DNA from: Alphaproteobacteria bacterium
GTDB taxonomy: Bacteria > Pseudomonadota > Alphaproteobacteria > Rickettsiales > UBA3002
Reading direction: 5' to 3'
Assembly: GCA_035911175.1 (NCBI GenBank)
Contig: JAMHWA010000067.1
Span: 22,784-86,783, forward strand
DNA: 64,000 nt
Part shown: piece by piece, positions 13,035 to 21,896 of the stretch
How positions within the stretch are numbered: the stretch's first letter is position 1
Layout: every line of letters starts with the position of its first letter
The notes under the pieces: generated by a model
Database searches by the model: none
Seen by the model: the letters and a program-made list of their open reading frames with translations, nothing else
What the model was told of the DNA's origin: nothing
Made by a program: the position numbers and the translations under genes

Positions 13035-14207
13035 ATGAAGACACGTACCATCACCACCACCGCCGACCTTTTGCAATTCTGCGCCACATTCGGCGACGAG
13101 CAATTCATCACGGTCGATACCGAATTTATCCGCGAGCGCACCTACTTCCCGCAGCTATGCCTTATGCAGGTGGCTACCAGCCACGAGGCGGTGGCAATTG
13201 ACCCCATCGCAGGTCCCGACATGGACCTCACCCCACTTTTCGATGCCTTCGCCGATGAGCGCTTGGTCAAAGTCTTCCACGCCTGCGGGCAGGATATCGA
13301 AATTTTCGTGAAGGCCACTGGCCGCGTGCCCACCCCGATTTACGACACCCAAATTGCCGCCATGGTCTGCGGTTATGGCGAATCCATTTCCTATGAAAAT
13401 CTGGTGACCGACATTATTGGCGCGACGCTCGACAAAGCTAGCCGCTTCACTGATTGGGCGCGCCGCCCGCTTTCTGACCGCCAATTGGTTTACGCTCTCG
13501 ATGACGTGATTCACTTACGCGAAATTTACACCGAGCTGAAAAAACAAATCGAGGATGATGGCCGCGAGGCATGGATTGCCGAGGAAATGGCCGATCTGTC
13601 GGACATCACCAATTACCGTGTCGATGCTAGCAAAACATGGAAGCGCCTGAAGGTGAAGTCGCGCTCGCCCGCGGTGCTGCAAACCTTGCGCGCCACCGCC
13701 ATGTGGCGCGAGGATATGGCCGCCAAAAAGGATGTTCCTCGCCAGCGTATTTTGAAGGATGACTACGTGGTACAAGTTGCCATGCAAATGCCCAAAACGG
13801 CCGAGGAAATGCTCGAAGTGCGCGGCATTCAAGGCCAGCTCGGTGGCAGCATGATGACTTCGCTGCTTGATGCAGTAACCGCCGCCCTCGCCGCACCGCC
13901 CGAAACATTCCCCCAACCCGAGGAGCGCGAAAAGCCGATGCCCGCCGCGCAGGAAGCCTGCCTCGACCAACTGAAATTATTGTTGCGCCAAAAAGCCGAG
14001 GACTACCACACCGTGCCACGCTTGGTGGCCGATAAGGAAGAGCTGGAGGCCGTGGTGCGTGGCAAATTACCGATCGAGAAAGCCCATTTCGGCCATGGCT
14101 GGCGCTTTGATATTTTTGGTCAAGCCGCGAAGGATTTGCTCGAGGGCAAACTCACCGCGCGTGTGGTGGCGCATCGTGGTGGCTATGGCTTAGTGTGGCA
14201 AGCGTAG
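13035..14207 (+). CDS. rnd: Ribonuclease D
   Basis: DEDD exonuclease motifs (ITVDTEF, HACGQDIE, YALDDV) plus an HRDC-like C-terminal part. Confidence 0.9.
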   Translation: MKTRTITTTADLLQFCATFGDEQFITVDTEFIRERTYFPQLCLMQVATSHEAVAIDPIAGPDMDLTPLFDAFADERLVKVFHACGQDIEIFVKATGRVPTPIYDTQIAAMVCGYGESISYENLVTDIIGATLDKASRFTDWARRPLSDRQLVYALDDVIHLREIYTELKKQIEDDGREAWIAEEMADLSDITNYRVDASKTWKRLKVKSRSPAVLQTLRATAMWREDMAAKKDVPRQRILKDDYVVQVAMQMPKTAEEMLEVRGIQGQLGGSMMTSLLDAVTAALAAPPETFPQPEEREKPMPAAQEACLDQLKLLLRQKAEDYHTVPRLVADKEELEAVVRGKLPIEKAHFGHGWRFDIFGQAAKDLLEGKLTARVVAHRGGYGLVWQA

Positions 14208-14726
14208 CACTGCTTCAATCACGCTCACATATCCACCCGAGAATTCCTTGCGCGCTGCCATCGCCTTAATCTCATCCAGCGTTGCCCAGCGCACGCTTAG
14301 GGCATCCTCTGGCACGGCATCCGCCAGCGTGGCCGCATCTGCTTCATTCAGCGTCAGCACAAACCAATGGATGGGATAGACACCCTTGCTGCGTGAGTGA
14401 AATTCCAGCCGCCCCAACTCGTGCATATTCGCGCGTGCCAGCATCGCTGGCGTCACGCCGGCTTCCTCCTCCACTTCGCGCTCAAGCGCGCGCGAAAACG
14501 GCTCCAAACTATCCTTATATTTCTCCCCCGTCGCCACGTCGCGCGCATCAACCCATGTGCCCTGTTCATCCTGATATTGGCGGCTGCCACGCGGCAATAC
14601 AAACGGCGGAATCTCGCCCGCATGCTTGGGTTTTGGCTGCACCACCAATACTGCCCCATCCGCGCGTAGCACCACCGCGCCAATTTTCAGGATGGGCGAA
14701 TCGGGGGATGTTGGGGTCAGGCTCAC
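14190..14726 (-). CDS. Nudix hydrolase
   Basis: Nudix box ...PRGS...EPFSRALEREVEEEAGV. Overlaps the convergent rnd 3' end by 18 nt. Confidence 0.8.
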   Translation of the reverse strand: MSLTPTSPDSPILKIGAVVLRADGAVLVVQPKPKHAGEIPPFVLPRGSRQYQDEQGTWVDARDVATGEKYKDSLEPFSRALEREVEEEAGVTPAMLARANMHELGRLEFHSRSKGVYPIHWFVLTLNEADAATLADAVPEDALSVRWATLDEIKAMAARKEFSGGYVSVIEAVLRLPH

Positions 14727-14786
14727 ACGCGCTCCACAGGTTCATGCATCGTGCCACGCCTACACCAGCCCACACCCAAACGCAAA

Positions 14787-14818
14787 CGAGCCGAGATTAT
14801 TCGCATAACCTCGGCTCG
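14787..14818 (-). terminator. Rho-independent terminator candidate downstream of the 718-aa ORF
   Basis: On the minus strand: CGAGCCGAG-N14-CTCGGCTCG followed by TTTGCGTTT, about 25 nt after the stop at 14843. Confidence 0.5.
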
Positions 14819-14842
14819 ATTTAATACAAAGCTTTGTTGTAA

Positions 14843-16999
14843 CTAAGCTGTCAGGCCTTGTTCCTGCGTTGGCTTAGCGCCCACTGCTTGCGGTGCAGCG
14901 GGTACATTGCCAGCTTCAGTAACCTGCAAACGCTGGCCAGCAACCGCTTCACGCGCCTGAGCCAACGCAGCATCCATCGAAGGTTGAACGGTAGTAGTGC
15001 TCTGAGCATCAAACGACAGCAGCGCAGAGAATTGAGCAGCGGCTGGCACTTCAGCAGCACGCGTCGTAGACCGCGTCGCCTTCATTTTAGCAATTTCATC
15101 CGCAATCACTGTCTCTTTGCTTGCCCCTACGGCTTTAACCTCGAGCTGTTTCAGATCAATACCAGCTTTTTCAGCCTGCTCAGCTGCTTCGATCTTAGCC
15201 GCAGGTGCCACCATTTTGTTGCTCATGAGTCCAACTAAATTCTCTGCCACCGTGATTTGCTCAGGGGTGAGGTTTTTCATGCTGCGCCACATAACGGCAT
15301 TACCCTCAGGATCATTCACTCGGCCATACGCCTCTTTTGCGGCAGGTGCTGGAGGAGTCGCTTGGGTTTGCTGCTTAAGCGTATCGACCACGGCTTTTTC
15401 ATCTGCACGTATTTGCTCGGCGGATTTTGTAACTACCGCGCCAATGACTTCTTCTCTATCGGCACGTATTCCAAGCCCAGCCGCTCCCGCTGGTATCGTC
15501 GGCGCAGCAGTGTCTTGTTTACCCCGACCCAACATAATCCCAAGCAATGCAGCGGCATCTTTTGCTGCCTCACCACTGACGCCAACTTGCGCGGTCTGCG
15601 CTGGGGCTGCCGCAGCAGTCTTCTTGCCGCTTACTTCTTCAAGCTGGGCCACGAGTTTTGGATCTTTCTTCGCTGCTTCCAATGCGGCCGCGAATTTATC
15701 ATCGATCACGCCATCGGCCTTGCCTTCCAGCTTGCCTGCTTTGATGAGGATTTCTTCCACTTTGCGCACAGCTTCTTGGGTGCGCTTACCGGCAATGCCA
15801 TCCACTTTGCCATCACTCGCGCCGCCCGCATCCGTTGCGAAGCCAAGGATTTCAAGATTTTTCTGAACCGCAGCAACATTCTCCGTGCCGCCACGTTTAA
15901 GATCGCTAACAGGCGCCTTATTCACCACTGGCGGAATTGGCTGAGAATCGACGCGCGCAGCGGGGGCTGGCTGTGTAACAGCTGACGATGCGGCCGCAGG
16001 CACAGTGTATGAAACCTTCTGCGGTCCCGTAGCGGGTGCAGGCTGACCCGCACCTTCAGGCGTCACCATTCCAACAGTTACCGACGTAGTTTCTGGCTCT
16101 ACCTGACCGACTTTTTTCGGCGCGCTAGCTTTAAGCGCGGGGGCAATACTTGGCACGCCTTGTTGAGTCGCTGCTTTGTTTGCCATTTTTTGCAGCAGTT
16201 CTTCTGGCGTCGCATTATCGCGCTCAGAAATATGGTAACGCACTTCTTGCCCGTTCACCTTAACAACCGATGTCGATACCTTGCGACCATCAGCTTCTGG
16301 TGGCTCGGCAAGCGTACCGAAGGCATCTTTTGGAATCTGAGCCACCACCGCACGCGCTTGCACAATCATTTCATCGCGTTTCTGGGTGTTGCCATTTGCC
16401 TGATACACGTTAGCGCTCGCTACCAGCTCGAGTGCTTGGGTGTAGAGAGGATCTCCCATCACCAACTGTGAACCACGCTCATTCTTGGCAGGGGCTTGGG
16501 CAACATTCTGCTCATCACCTTGCACGCGAAGCTGACGTTCCGGTGCAGCGAAGGGGCCTTGCGGAGCCTGACCTCGGCCAATATTCGTTTGTTGGGGTCG
16601 GAATTCATCGCCGCCTTGTGCGGGGAAACCAGAATTCGCACGAGGTGGGTGACCTGCGCCCATCACCGCTTCGCGCCGTTGGCGCGCTAATTCTTCTCTG
16701 GTTTGCGCCTCATGCCCAGCCGCACCCCGAACACCATCGGCCGATTCCACGGTGCCGCCAAAACCAGTGATGGCACCTACGCCACGGCCAATCATATCAG
16801 CTGCTGGAGCCAGTGCGCCAAGTGTTTTCAATGCACGATCCAAATCTCGCTCTGCGTTTTTATCACGTGCTTTTGCTGCGCGCTCTTCGTTGCGCTGTGC
16901 TCTTTCCTCGGCGCGCTGTTGAGCTTGCGCTGCACGTTCAGCTGCGCGCTGTTGTCTCTCAGCAATATTTTGAGCAATTTCTTCTGCTGTTCTTGCCAT
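14843..16999 (-). CDS. Orphan 718-aa Ala/Gln/Pro-rich protein with charged coiled-coil-like N-terminus and a possible peptidoglycan-binding-like module
   Basis: Long clean ORF; GGAG 7 nt upstream of the ATG at 16999. No signal peptide or TM segment seen. The segment VAAVQKNLEILGFATDAGGASDGKVDGIAGKRTQEAVRKVEEIL resembles PG_binding_1. Confidence 0.75.
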   Translation of the reverse strand: MARTAEEIAQNIAERQQRAAERAAQAQQRAEERAQRNEERAAKARDKNAERDLDRALKTLGALAPAADMIGRGVGAITGFGGTVESADGVRGAAGHEAQTREELARQRREAVMGAGHPPRANSGFPAQGGDEFRPQQTNIGRGQAPQGPFAAPERQLRVQGDEQNVAQAPAKNERGSQLVMGDPLYTQALELVASANVYQANGNTQKRDEMIVQARAVVAQIPKDAFGTLAEPPEADGRKVSTSVVKVNGQEVRYHISERDNATPEELLQKMANKAATQQGVPSIAPALKASAPKKVGQVEPETTSVTVGMVTPEGAGQPAPATGPQKVSYTVPAAASSAVTQPAPAARVDSQPIPPVVNKAPVSDLKRGGTENVAAVQKNLEILGFATDAGGASDGKVDGIAGKRTQEAVRKVEEILIKAGKLEGKADGVIDDKFAAALEAAKKDPKLVAQLEEVSGKKTAAAAPAQTAQVGVSGEAAKDAAALLGIMLGRGKQDTAAPTIPAGAAGLGIRADREEVIGAVVTKSAEQIRADEKAVVDTLKQQTQATPPAPAAKEAYGRVNDPEGNAVMWRSMKNLTPEQITVAENLVGLMSNKMVAPAAKIEAAEQAEKAGIDLKQLEVKAVGASKETVIADEIAKMKATRSTTRAAEVPAAAQFSALLSFDAQSTTTVQPSMDAALAQAREAVAGQRLQVTEAGNVPAAPQAVGAKPTQEQGLTA

Positions 17000-17125
17000 G
17001 GTGCCAAACTCCTCTAAATCTTTACCGATGATATGCCATCAGCAGTAAACAATTCGTTAACATTTTAACTTTATTGGATTGCATAGGCACTTCATAGGTT
17101 AACCATCCACAATCCTTCACTGTGC

Positions 17126-17170
17126 ACTATAGCAAACCCAGCCAAAAGAAGTGTGACAGTTTTGTGACAA
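17126..17170 (-). promoter_or_regulatory. Pho-box-like tandem direct repeat plus extended -10 (site a)
   Basis: Minus strand reads TTGTCAC-AAAA-CTGTCAC (17170-17153), then 21 nt, then TGC-TATAGT (17131-17126). About 125 nt upstream of the ATG at 16999. Confidence 0.5.
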
Positions 17171-17261
17171 TTGAGGGGCAAGCCGATATATAATATCTAT
17201 ATATTTCAGCTATTTGTCGCCATGTCACGGATTTGTCTGTGTCGGCTTCACGTCAAAAGGG

Positions 17262-17317
17262 ATGGGGTACGAGAGAGTCACCACGCGCAGGGAGGGGCGT
17301 GTAGCAGCGCTAGATGA
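17262..17317 (+). repeat. Dispersed intergenic repeat, copy A (core GTGTAGCAGCGCTAGATGA at 17299-17317)
   Basis: The 19-nt core matches copies at 34948-34966 and 53764-53782. Similarity upstream of the core is weaker than between copies B and C. Confidence 0.55.
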
Positions 17318-17402
17318 CCTGCCTCATCGAAAGGCTCGGCGTGCGTAGCGGCGGGAGCTCGAGGGCAAAGGGCCCTCGTCAGGCGCGGAGCACTAAAATT
17401 TC

Positions 17403-19175
17403 CTAAAACCCAGCCTCGGCCATCACGGGGTCTGCGCCCGCCGTAATGCTCGCGAGCAAACTGGTCGTTCCGGGTAGCACCTTGGCGAAATAGAATCGCG
17501 CCGTGGCGAGCTTGGCCGCATAAAATTCTGGGTCAGAATCCTTCAGTGCCAATGCCAGCTTCGCTTGCTTCGCCCAAATGAAAGCGAATAACACAAGGCT
17601 GAACATCTTTTGGTATTCCACTGCGCCCGCACCTGCGTGGTTCGGGTTCACAAAGCCCATTGTGCCAATCCACATCGTTGCTTGCTGCAAATATTTCGCA
17701 TGCGCCTTAAGGGGTTTGGTGAATTCCGCCATCGCAGGGTCGTTGCGGTTTTCAGCAATGAATGCATCGAGCGGATGGAAGAAGCGCGAAAGATACCGAC
17801 CCGTATCGAACGGTAATTTACGGCCTACCAAATCCATCGCCTGCACACCATTGGTGCCTTCGTAAATCATCGCAATGCGTGAATCGCGCAGATACTGCGC
17901 CGCGCCATATTCCTCGATGTAACCATAACCACCGAAACACTGCATCGCGGTGCTCGCGGTTTCAAACCCACCATCGGTAAGCGTCGCCTTCATGATCGGT
18001 GTAATCAGCTGCACAAAATCATCGGCTTCCTCACGCACTTTCGCATCGGCGTGGCGGTGGGCAATATCGCTCTCGCGTGCCACCCATAATGCCAGCGCCC
18101 GCGCGCCTTCGGTGAAGCTCTTCATGGTGTAAAGCATGCGCCGCACATCGGGGTGCACCGTAATTGGGTCGGCAGGCTTATCGGGGTGTTTTGCCCCCGT
18201 CAGCGCGCGGCCTTGCGGGCGATCCTTCGCGTAGGCCAGCGCGTTCTGGTAGGCCGATTCCGCCACACCCAAGCCTTGCACGCCCACATAGAGGCGCGCG
18301 GTGTTCATCATCGTAAACATCGCGGGCAAACCGCGGTGCGGCTGGCCAACAAGCCACCCCGTCGCGCCATCGTAATTCATCACGCAGGTGGGCGATGCAT
18401 GAATACCCATTTTGTGCTCAATCCCAGCGCATGAAAACTTGTTGCGCTCACCCAGCGAGCCATCGGCATTCACCAACACTTTCGGGCACACAAACAGCGA
18501 AATCCCTTTGCTACCCGCAGGCGCATTCGGCAACCGCGCCAGCACGAGGTGAATAATATTCTCGGTCTGGTCTTGCTCCCCCGCCGAGATAAAAATCTTG
18601 TTGCCGGTAATGCTATAGCTACCATCCGCATTGGGTTCCGCGCGGGTTTTCAGCAAGCCCAAATCCGTGCCCGCCGTTGGCTCGGTCAAACACATCACGC
18701 CCGACCACTTGCCCGAAATCATATTCGGCAGATATATCTTTTTCAGCTCATCGCTCGCGTGCAGCAGCAGCGCATGAATCGCGCCATGCGTGAGGCCTGG
18801 TGTGAGGCCAAAACTCAAGTTCGAGGAACACACCATTTCCAGCATCGGCATGTTCAAAAACTCGGGCATGCCCTGCCCGCCGAATTCTTCGGGCCATGTC
18901 AGCGTCGGCCAGCCACCCTCGACATATTGCTTATACGCTTCCTTAAATCCATCGGGCGTGGTGACATTGCCATCCTTAAATTTCAGCCCTTGTTTATCGC
19001 CCACCACGTTGAGCGGGAACAGCACCTCCTCGCACATTTTGGCGGATTCGGTGAGCAGCGGCTCCACCAAATCCCGCGCACTCGCGAAACCCTCGATATC
19101 GGCGTACTTATCGAGTTCCAAAAAATGATTGATGAGGAATTGGTAGTCTTTCAGCGGTGCGGTGTAGGTTGGCAT
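17403..19175 (-). CDS. Long (590 aa) acyl-CoA dehydrogenase
   Basis: ACAD motifs (GVMCLTEPTAGTDL, IYEGTNGVQ) with N- and C-terminal extensions typical of large FadE-like ACADs. Confidence 0.9.
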   Translation of the reverse strand: MPTYTAPLKDYQFLINHFLELDKYADIEGFASARDLVEPLLTESAKMCEEVLFPLNVVGDKQGLKFKDGNVTTPDGFKEAYKQYVEGGWPTLTWPEEFGGQGMPEFLNMPMLEMVCSSNLSFGLTPGLTHGAIHALLLHASDELKKIYLPNMISGKWSGVMCLTEPTAGTDLGLLKTRAEPNADGSYSITGNKIFISAGEQDQTENIIHLVLARLPNAPAGSKGISLFVCPKVLVNADGSLGERNKFSCAGIEHKMGIHASPTCVMNYDGATGWLVGQPHRGLPAMFTMMNTARLYVGVQGLGVAESAYQNALAYAKDRPQGRALTGAKHPDKPADPITVHPDVRRMLYTMKSFTEGARALALWVARESDIAHRHADAKVREEADDFVQLITPIMKATLTDGGFETASTAMQCFGGYGYIEEYGAAQYLRDSRIAMIYEGTNGVQAMDLVGRKLPFDTGRYLSRFFHPLDAFIAENRNDPAMAEFTKPLKAHAKYLQQATMWIGTMGFVNPNHAGAGAVEYQKMFSLVLFAFIWAKQAKLALALKDSDPEFYAAKLATARFYFAKVLPGTTSLLASITAGADPVMAEAGF

Positions 19176-19176
19176 A

Positions 19177-21570
19177 TTAGTTCCTCAGCGGCTTACTAGT
19201 GTTGAGCATCGCGGCAATGCGGTCACGCGTTTCGGTCGTTTTGCAAAGATCCATGAAGTAATCATGCTCGAGGTCGAGCAATTGCTGCTCCGTTACCTCC
19301 TGCGTGATGTCGGTGCTTCCACCCGTCAGCACACGTGCGAGCGCAAGGCTCACCGTTTCATCATGCGGCGTTGCCTTGCCATTTTTGCGGAAATTATCGA
19401 CCGCGAGTTTAAGCGCGGTGTAGCCCGAATCACCGGGCAAGCGAATCGTGCGTTGCTCGGGCGGCGTGTAATTCTCCGCCAATTTAAGCGCCAGTTCTTT
19501 AGCATCCGCCAGCACGCGGCGGCGGTTCATGCTGATGCGCGATTTGCTGTTCATAATCAGCATTTCCTGCGCCTCAGCAGCGCTGCCCGCCACCTTCGCC
19601 ATCGAAATATATTCAAACGCTTTTGAAATCGCAGGCATTGGCCCGCTGCCCATCAGCACCTCTGGGCGCTTGCCCGCAGCAATCGCTTTTTGTGCAGCCT
19701 CACCCGCCGCCACATGGCGCAGCAACAGCTCCTTACACCCGCCCCACCCAGGGATGACGCCGATGCCAACTTCCACCAAGCCGATATAGGATTCGATATG
19801 CGCCTGCACCGCATCCGCGTGCAGATTCAGTTCACACCCACCGCCCAGTGCCATGCCCGACAACGAGGTAACGACAGGGAAATTGCTATACTTAAGCCCC
19901 ATGAACGCGGACTGGCCTTGCTTCACCATGTCGGAAATTGCCCACCAGCTAGCGGTGTTACACGCGAGCAAAAAGTAGCCAATGTTCGCACCGAAGCTGA
20001 AATGCTCCGCATCCGTGCCTACCACCAACGCACGGAAGCCTTTTTGCTGCACGAGGCTCGGCAACTCCGCCACCATTTTCAGGTTCTCAGGGTCCCACGT
20101 ATTTTGCTTGCTGGTCAGTTCGAGGCAGGCCACGCCATCGCCCAAATCCCACACCTGCGCGCTGGCATTTTTCTTCACGGGTTTCACGCCCGCAATTTTC
20201 AAATCCTCCAACATCAACGAGCCGTCAGGAATCGGCACGGGCGTAAACTTACCACCAATGCTGAATTGCTGGCGCTTGCCGTCCTGTGTGTCGTAAAGTT
20301 TTTTGCCAAGGCTTTGTGCAATAATCGGCGGCACACTCATGCCCGCTTGTTGCAGCGCGCCTGCAAAAATTTCGGTGCCTGATTTACCCTGCGCAGCCAA
20401 TTTATCTATCATCTGGAAGGGGCCGTATTTCCAGTTATACCCCATCTGCATCGCCGCATCGACGCTGTAAATATCATCCGAAATTTCGGGGATGAGGCTT
20501 GCAGCATAATGCAGCGTTTTGAGCATCACCGCGCTCGCATATTTCCCACCAATATCAGGGTGGCTGAACAATGCCGCCAGCCCTAATTTTGCTGCATCGA
20601 CGGATTCTAGTTTTACTTTCTTGGGTGCAGCATATTCGCCTGTTTTCAGGTTGATAGCCTCCAGCGTTTTCTTGCCACCCTCGCCTTTGTTCATGCGGTA
20701 GAAACCACCTTTGCCTTTGCGCCCCGTATAGCCCTCGGCAATCATTTTCTTCACCAGTTCGGGCAGCGCATAGAGCGTGCGGAAGGCGTCCTTCTCGGGC
20801 AATGTGTTCAGCATTTCCTGCGCAATCAGCGGCATTAAATCGATACCGATCAGATCATAGAGACCGAACATCCCTGTTTTGGGAAAGCCCAGCGGCTTAC
20901 TCATCACCGCATCCGCTTCTTCAATGCTGATGCCCGTGTTGAGCGCTTCCACCAACCCCGCCGTCATCCAATAGACACCGATGCGATTGGCCAAAAAGCC
21001 TGGGGTATCCTTGGTGAGAACAACGCCCTTGCCGAGTGCGCGGTCCGCAAACGCACAAAATGCTGCAAAACGCTCTGCAGCAAATTGCGGGCTTGGCACC
21101 ACCTCCAGCAGCTTCATAAAGCGCGGTGGGTTGAAAAAATGCGTGATGATGAAATCCTGTGCGAGGTCGGCGGGCATGCCAGCCAACAATTCATGCAACG
21201 GAATGGTGCTAGTGTTGCTCGATACAATGCTCCCCTTTTTTCGCACGGCGGAAATTTTCTTGTACACATCGTGCTTCACTGCAAGCTTCTCGACCACCAC
21301 TTCGACAATCCAATCGCACTCGGCGAGCTTGGCTAAATCGTCCTCGAAGTTTCCTGCGGTCACCAGCTTCGCATATTTTTTATGGGCGAACCCTGGTGCG
21401 CCACCGCCCAGTTGTTTCTGGATGGCACCTTCGGCCATGGCGTTGCGTGGGCCTTCCTTTGCAGGCAGGTCAAGCAGCAACACCGGAATGCCTGCATTCG
21501 CCAGCACCGCCGCGATGCCCGAACCCATCACCCCCGAACCCAACACGGCGACTTGTTTAATTTCCATCAC
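19177..21570 (-). CDS. Fused 3-hydroxyacyl-CoA dehydrogenase / enoyl-CoA hydratase (797 aa, HAD domain N-terminal)
   Basis: N-terminal Rossmann motif VAVLGSGVMGSGIA, a 3HCDH middle section, and a C-terminal crotonase-like part (GMALGGGCEL). Confidence 0.9.
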   Translation of the reverse strand: MMEIKQVAVLGSGVMGSGIAAVLANAGIPVLLLDLPAKEGPRNAMAEGAIQKQLGGGAPGFAHKKYAKLVTAGNFEDDLAKLAECDWIVEVVVEKLAVKHDVYKKISAVRKKGSIVSSNTSTIPLHELLAGMPADLAQDFIITHFFNPPRFMKLLEVVPSPQFAAERFAAFCAFADRALGKGVVLTKDTPGFLANRIGVYWMTAGLVEALNTGISIEEADAVMSKPLGFPKTGMFGLYDLIGIDLMPLIAQEMLNTLPEKDAFRTLYALPELVKKMIAEGYTGRKGKGGFYRMNKGEGGKKTLEAINLKTGEYAAPKKVKLESVDAAKLGLAALFSHPDIGGKYASAVMLKTLHYAASLIPEISDDIYSVDAAMQMGYNWKYGPFQMIDKLAAQGKSGTEIFAGALQQAGMSVPPIIAQSLGKKLYDTQDGKRQQFSIGGKFTPVPIPDGSLMLEDLKIAGVKPVKKNASAQVWDLGDGVACLELTSKQNTWDPENLKMVAELPSLVQQKGFRALVVGTDAEHFSFGANIGYFLLACNTASWWAISDMVKQGQSAFMGLKYSNFPVVTSLSGMALGGGCELNLHADAVQAHIESYIGLVEVGIGVIPGWGGCKELLLRHVAAGEAAQKAIAAGKRPEVLMGSGPMPAISKAFEYISMAKVAGSAAEAQEMLIMNSKSRISMNRRRVLADAKELALKLAENYTPPEQRTIRLPGDSGYTALKLAVDNFRKNGKATPHDETVSLALARVLTGGSTDITQEVTEQQLLDLEHDYFMDLCKTTETRDRIAAMLNTSKPLRN

Positions 21571-21590
21571 GCCTACTCCACGCTCTCATT

Positions 21591-21896
21591 TTACTCGGCA
21601 TTCGCCGGTTGTTTCACAATGGTTTCGCACCCACCCAGTCGGCAGCGCGGCACTTTCTCACCCTTGCGCCAGAAGGGCATTGGCGCACATTTCACCTTGG
21701 CTTGTTCCTGCCGATAATAAGCTTCGGCCTCTTTCTTCACCTGCCAATTCACGGCTGATTTATCGCATGTCCCATCAATCATCACGCACTGGTCATCCTT
21801 GCTGCAGTTGCGCCAGTCCTTGCCCTCTCGTATCTCGGCGGCAACCACCTGCGTTGCTACCAATGCTGCACCGATTGCTGCGTAAAAAAACCGCAC
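21591..21896 (-). CDS. Small secreted Cys-rich protein of unknown function inside the beta-oxidation cluster
   Basis: In-frame GTG at 21896 with GGAG 8 nt upstream gives (M)RFFYAAIGAALVATQVVAA as a signal-like N-terminus. The mature part has 6 Cys. The ORF-track ATG at 21944 would overlap the thiolase by 49 nt. Confidence 0.45.
   Translation of the reverse strand: MRFFYAAIGAALVATQVVAAEIREGKDWRNCSKDDQCVMIDGTCDKSAVNWQVKKEAEAYYRQEQAKVKCAPMPFWRKGEKVPRCRLGGCETIVKQPANAE

Noticed and set aside
17221-17316. A 31-codon plus-strand ORF (MSRICLCRLHVKRDG...) in the 17-kb intergenic region.
   Set aside because: It has no SD, overlaps repeat element A, and has an implausible composition. I treat it as non-coding.
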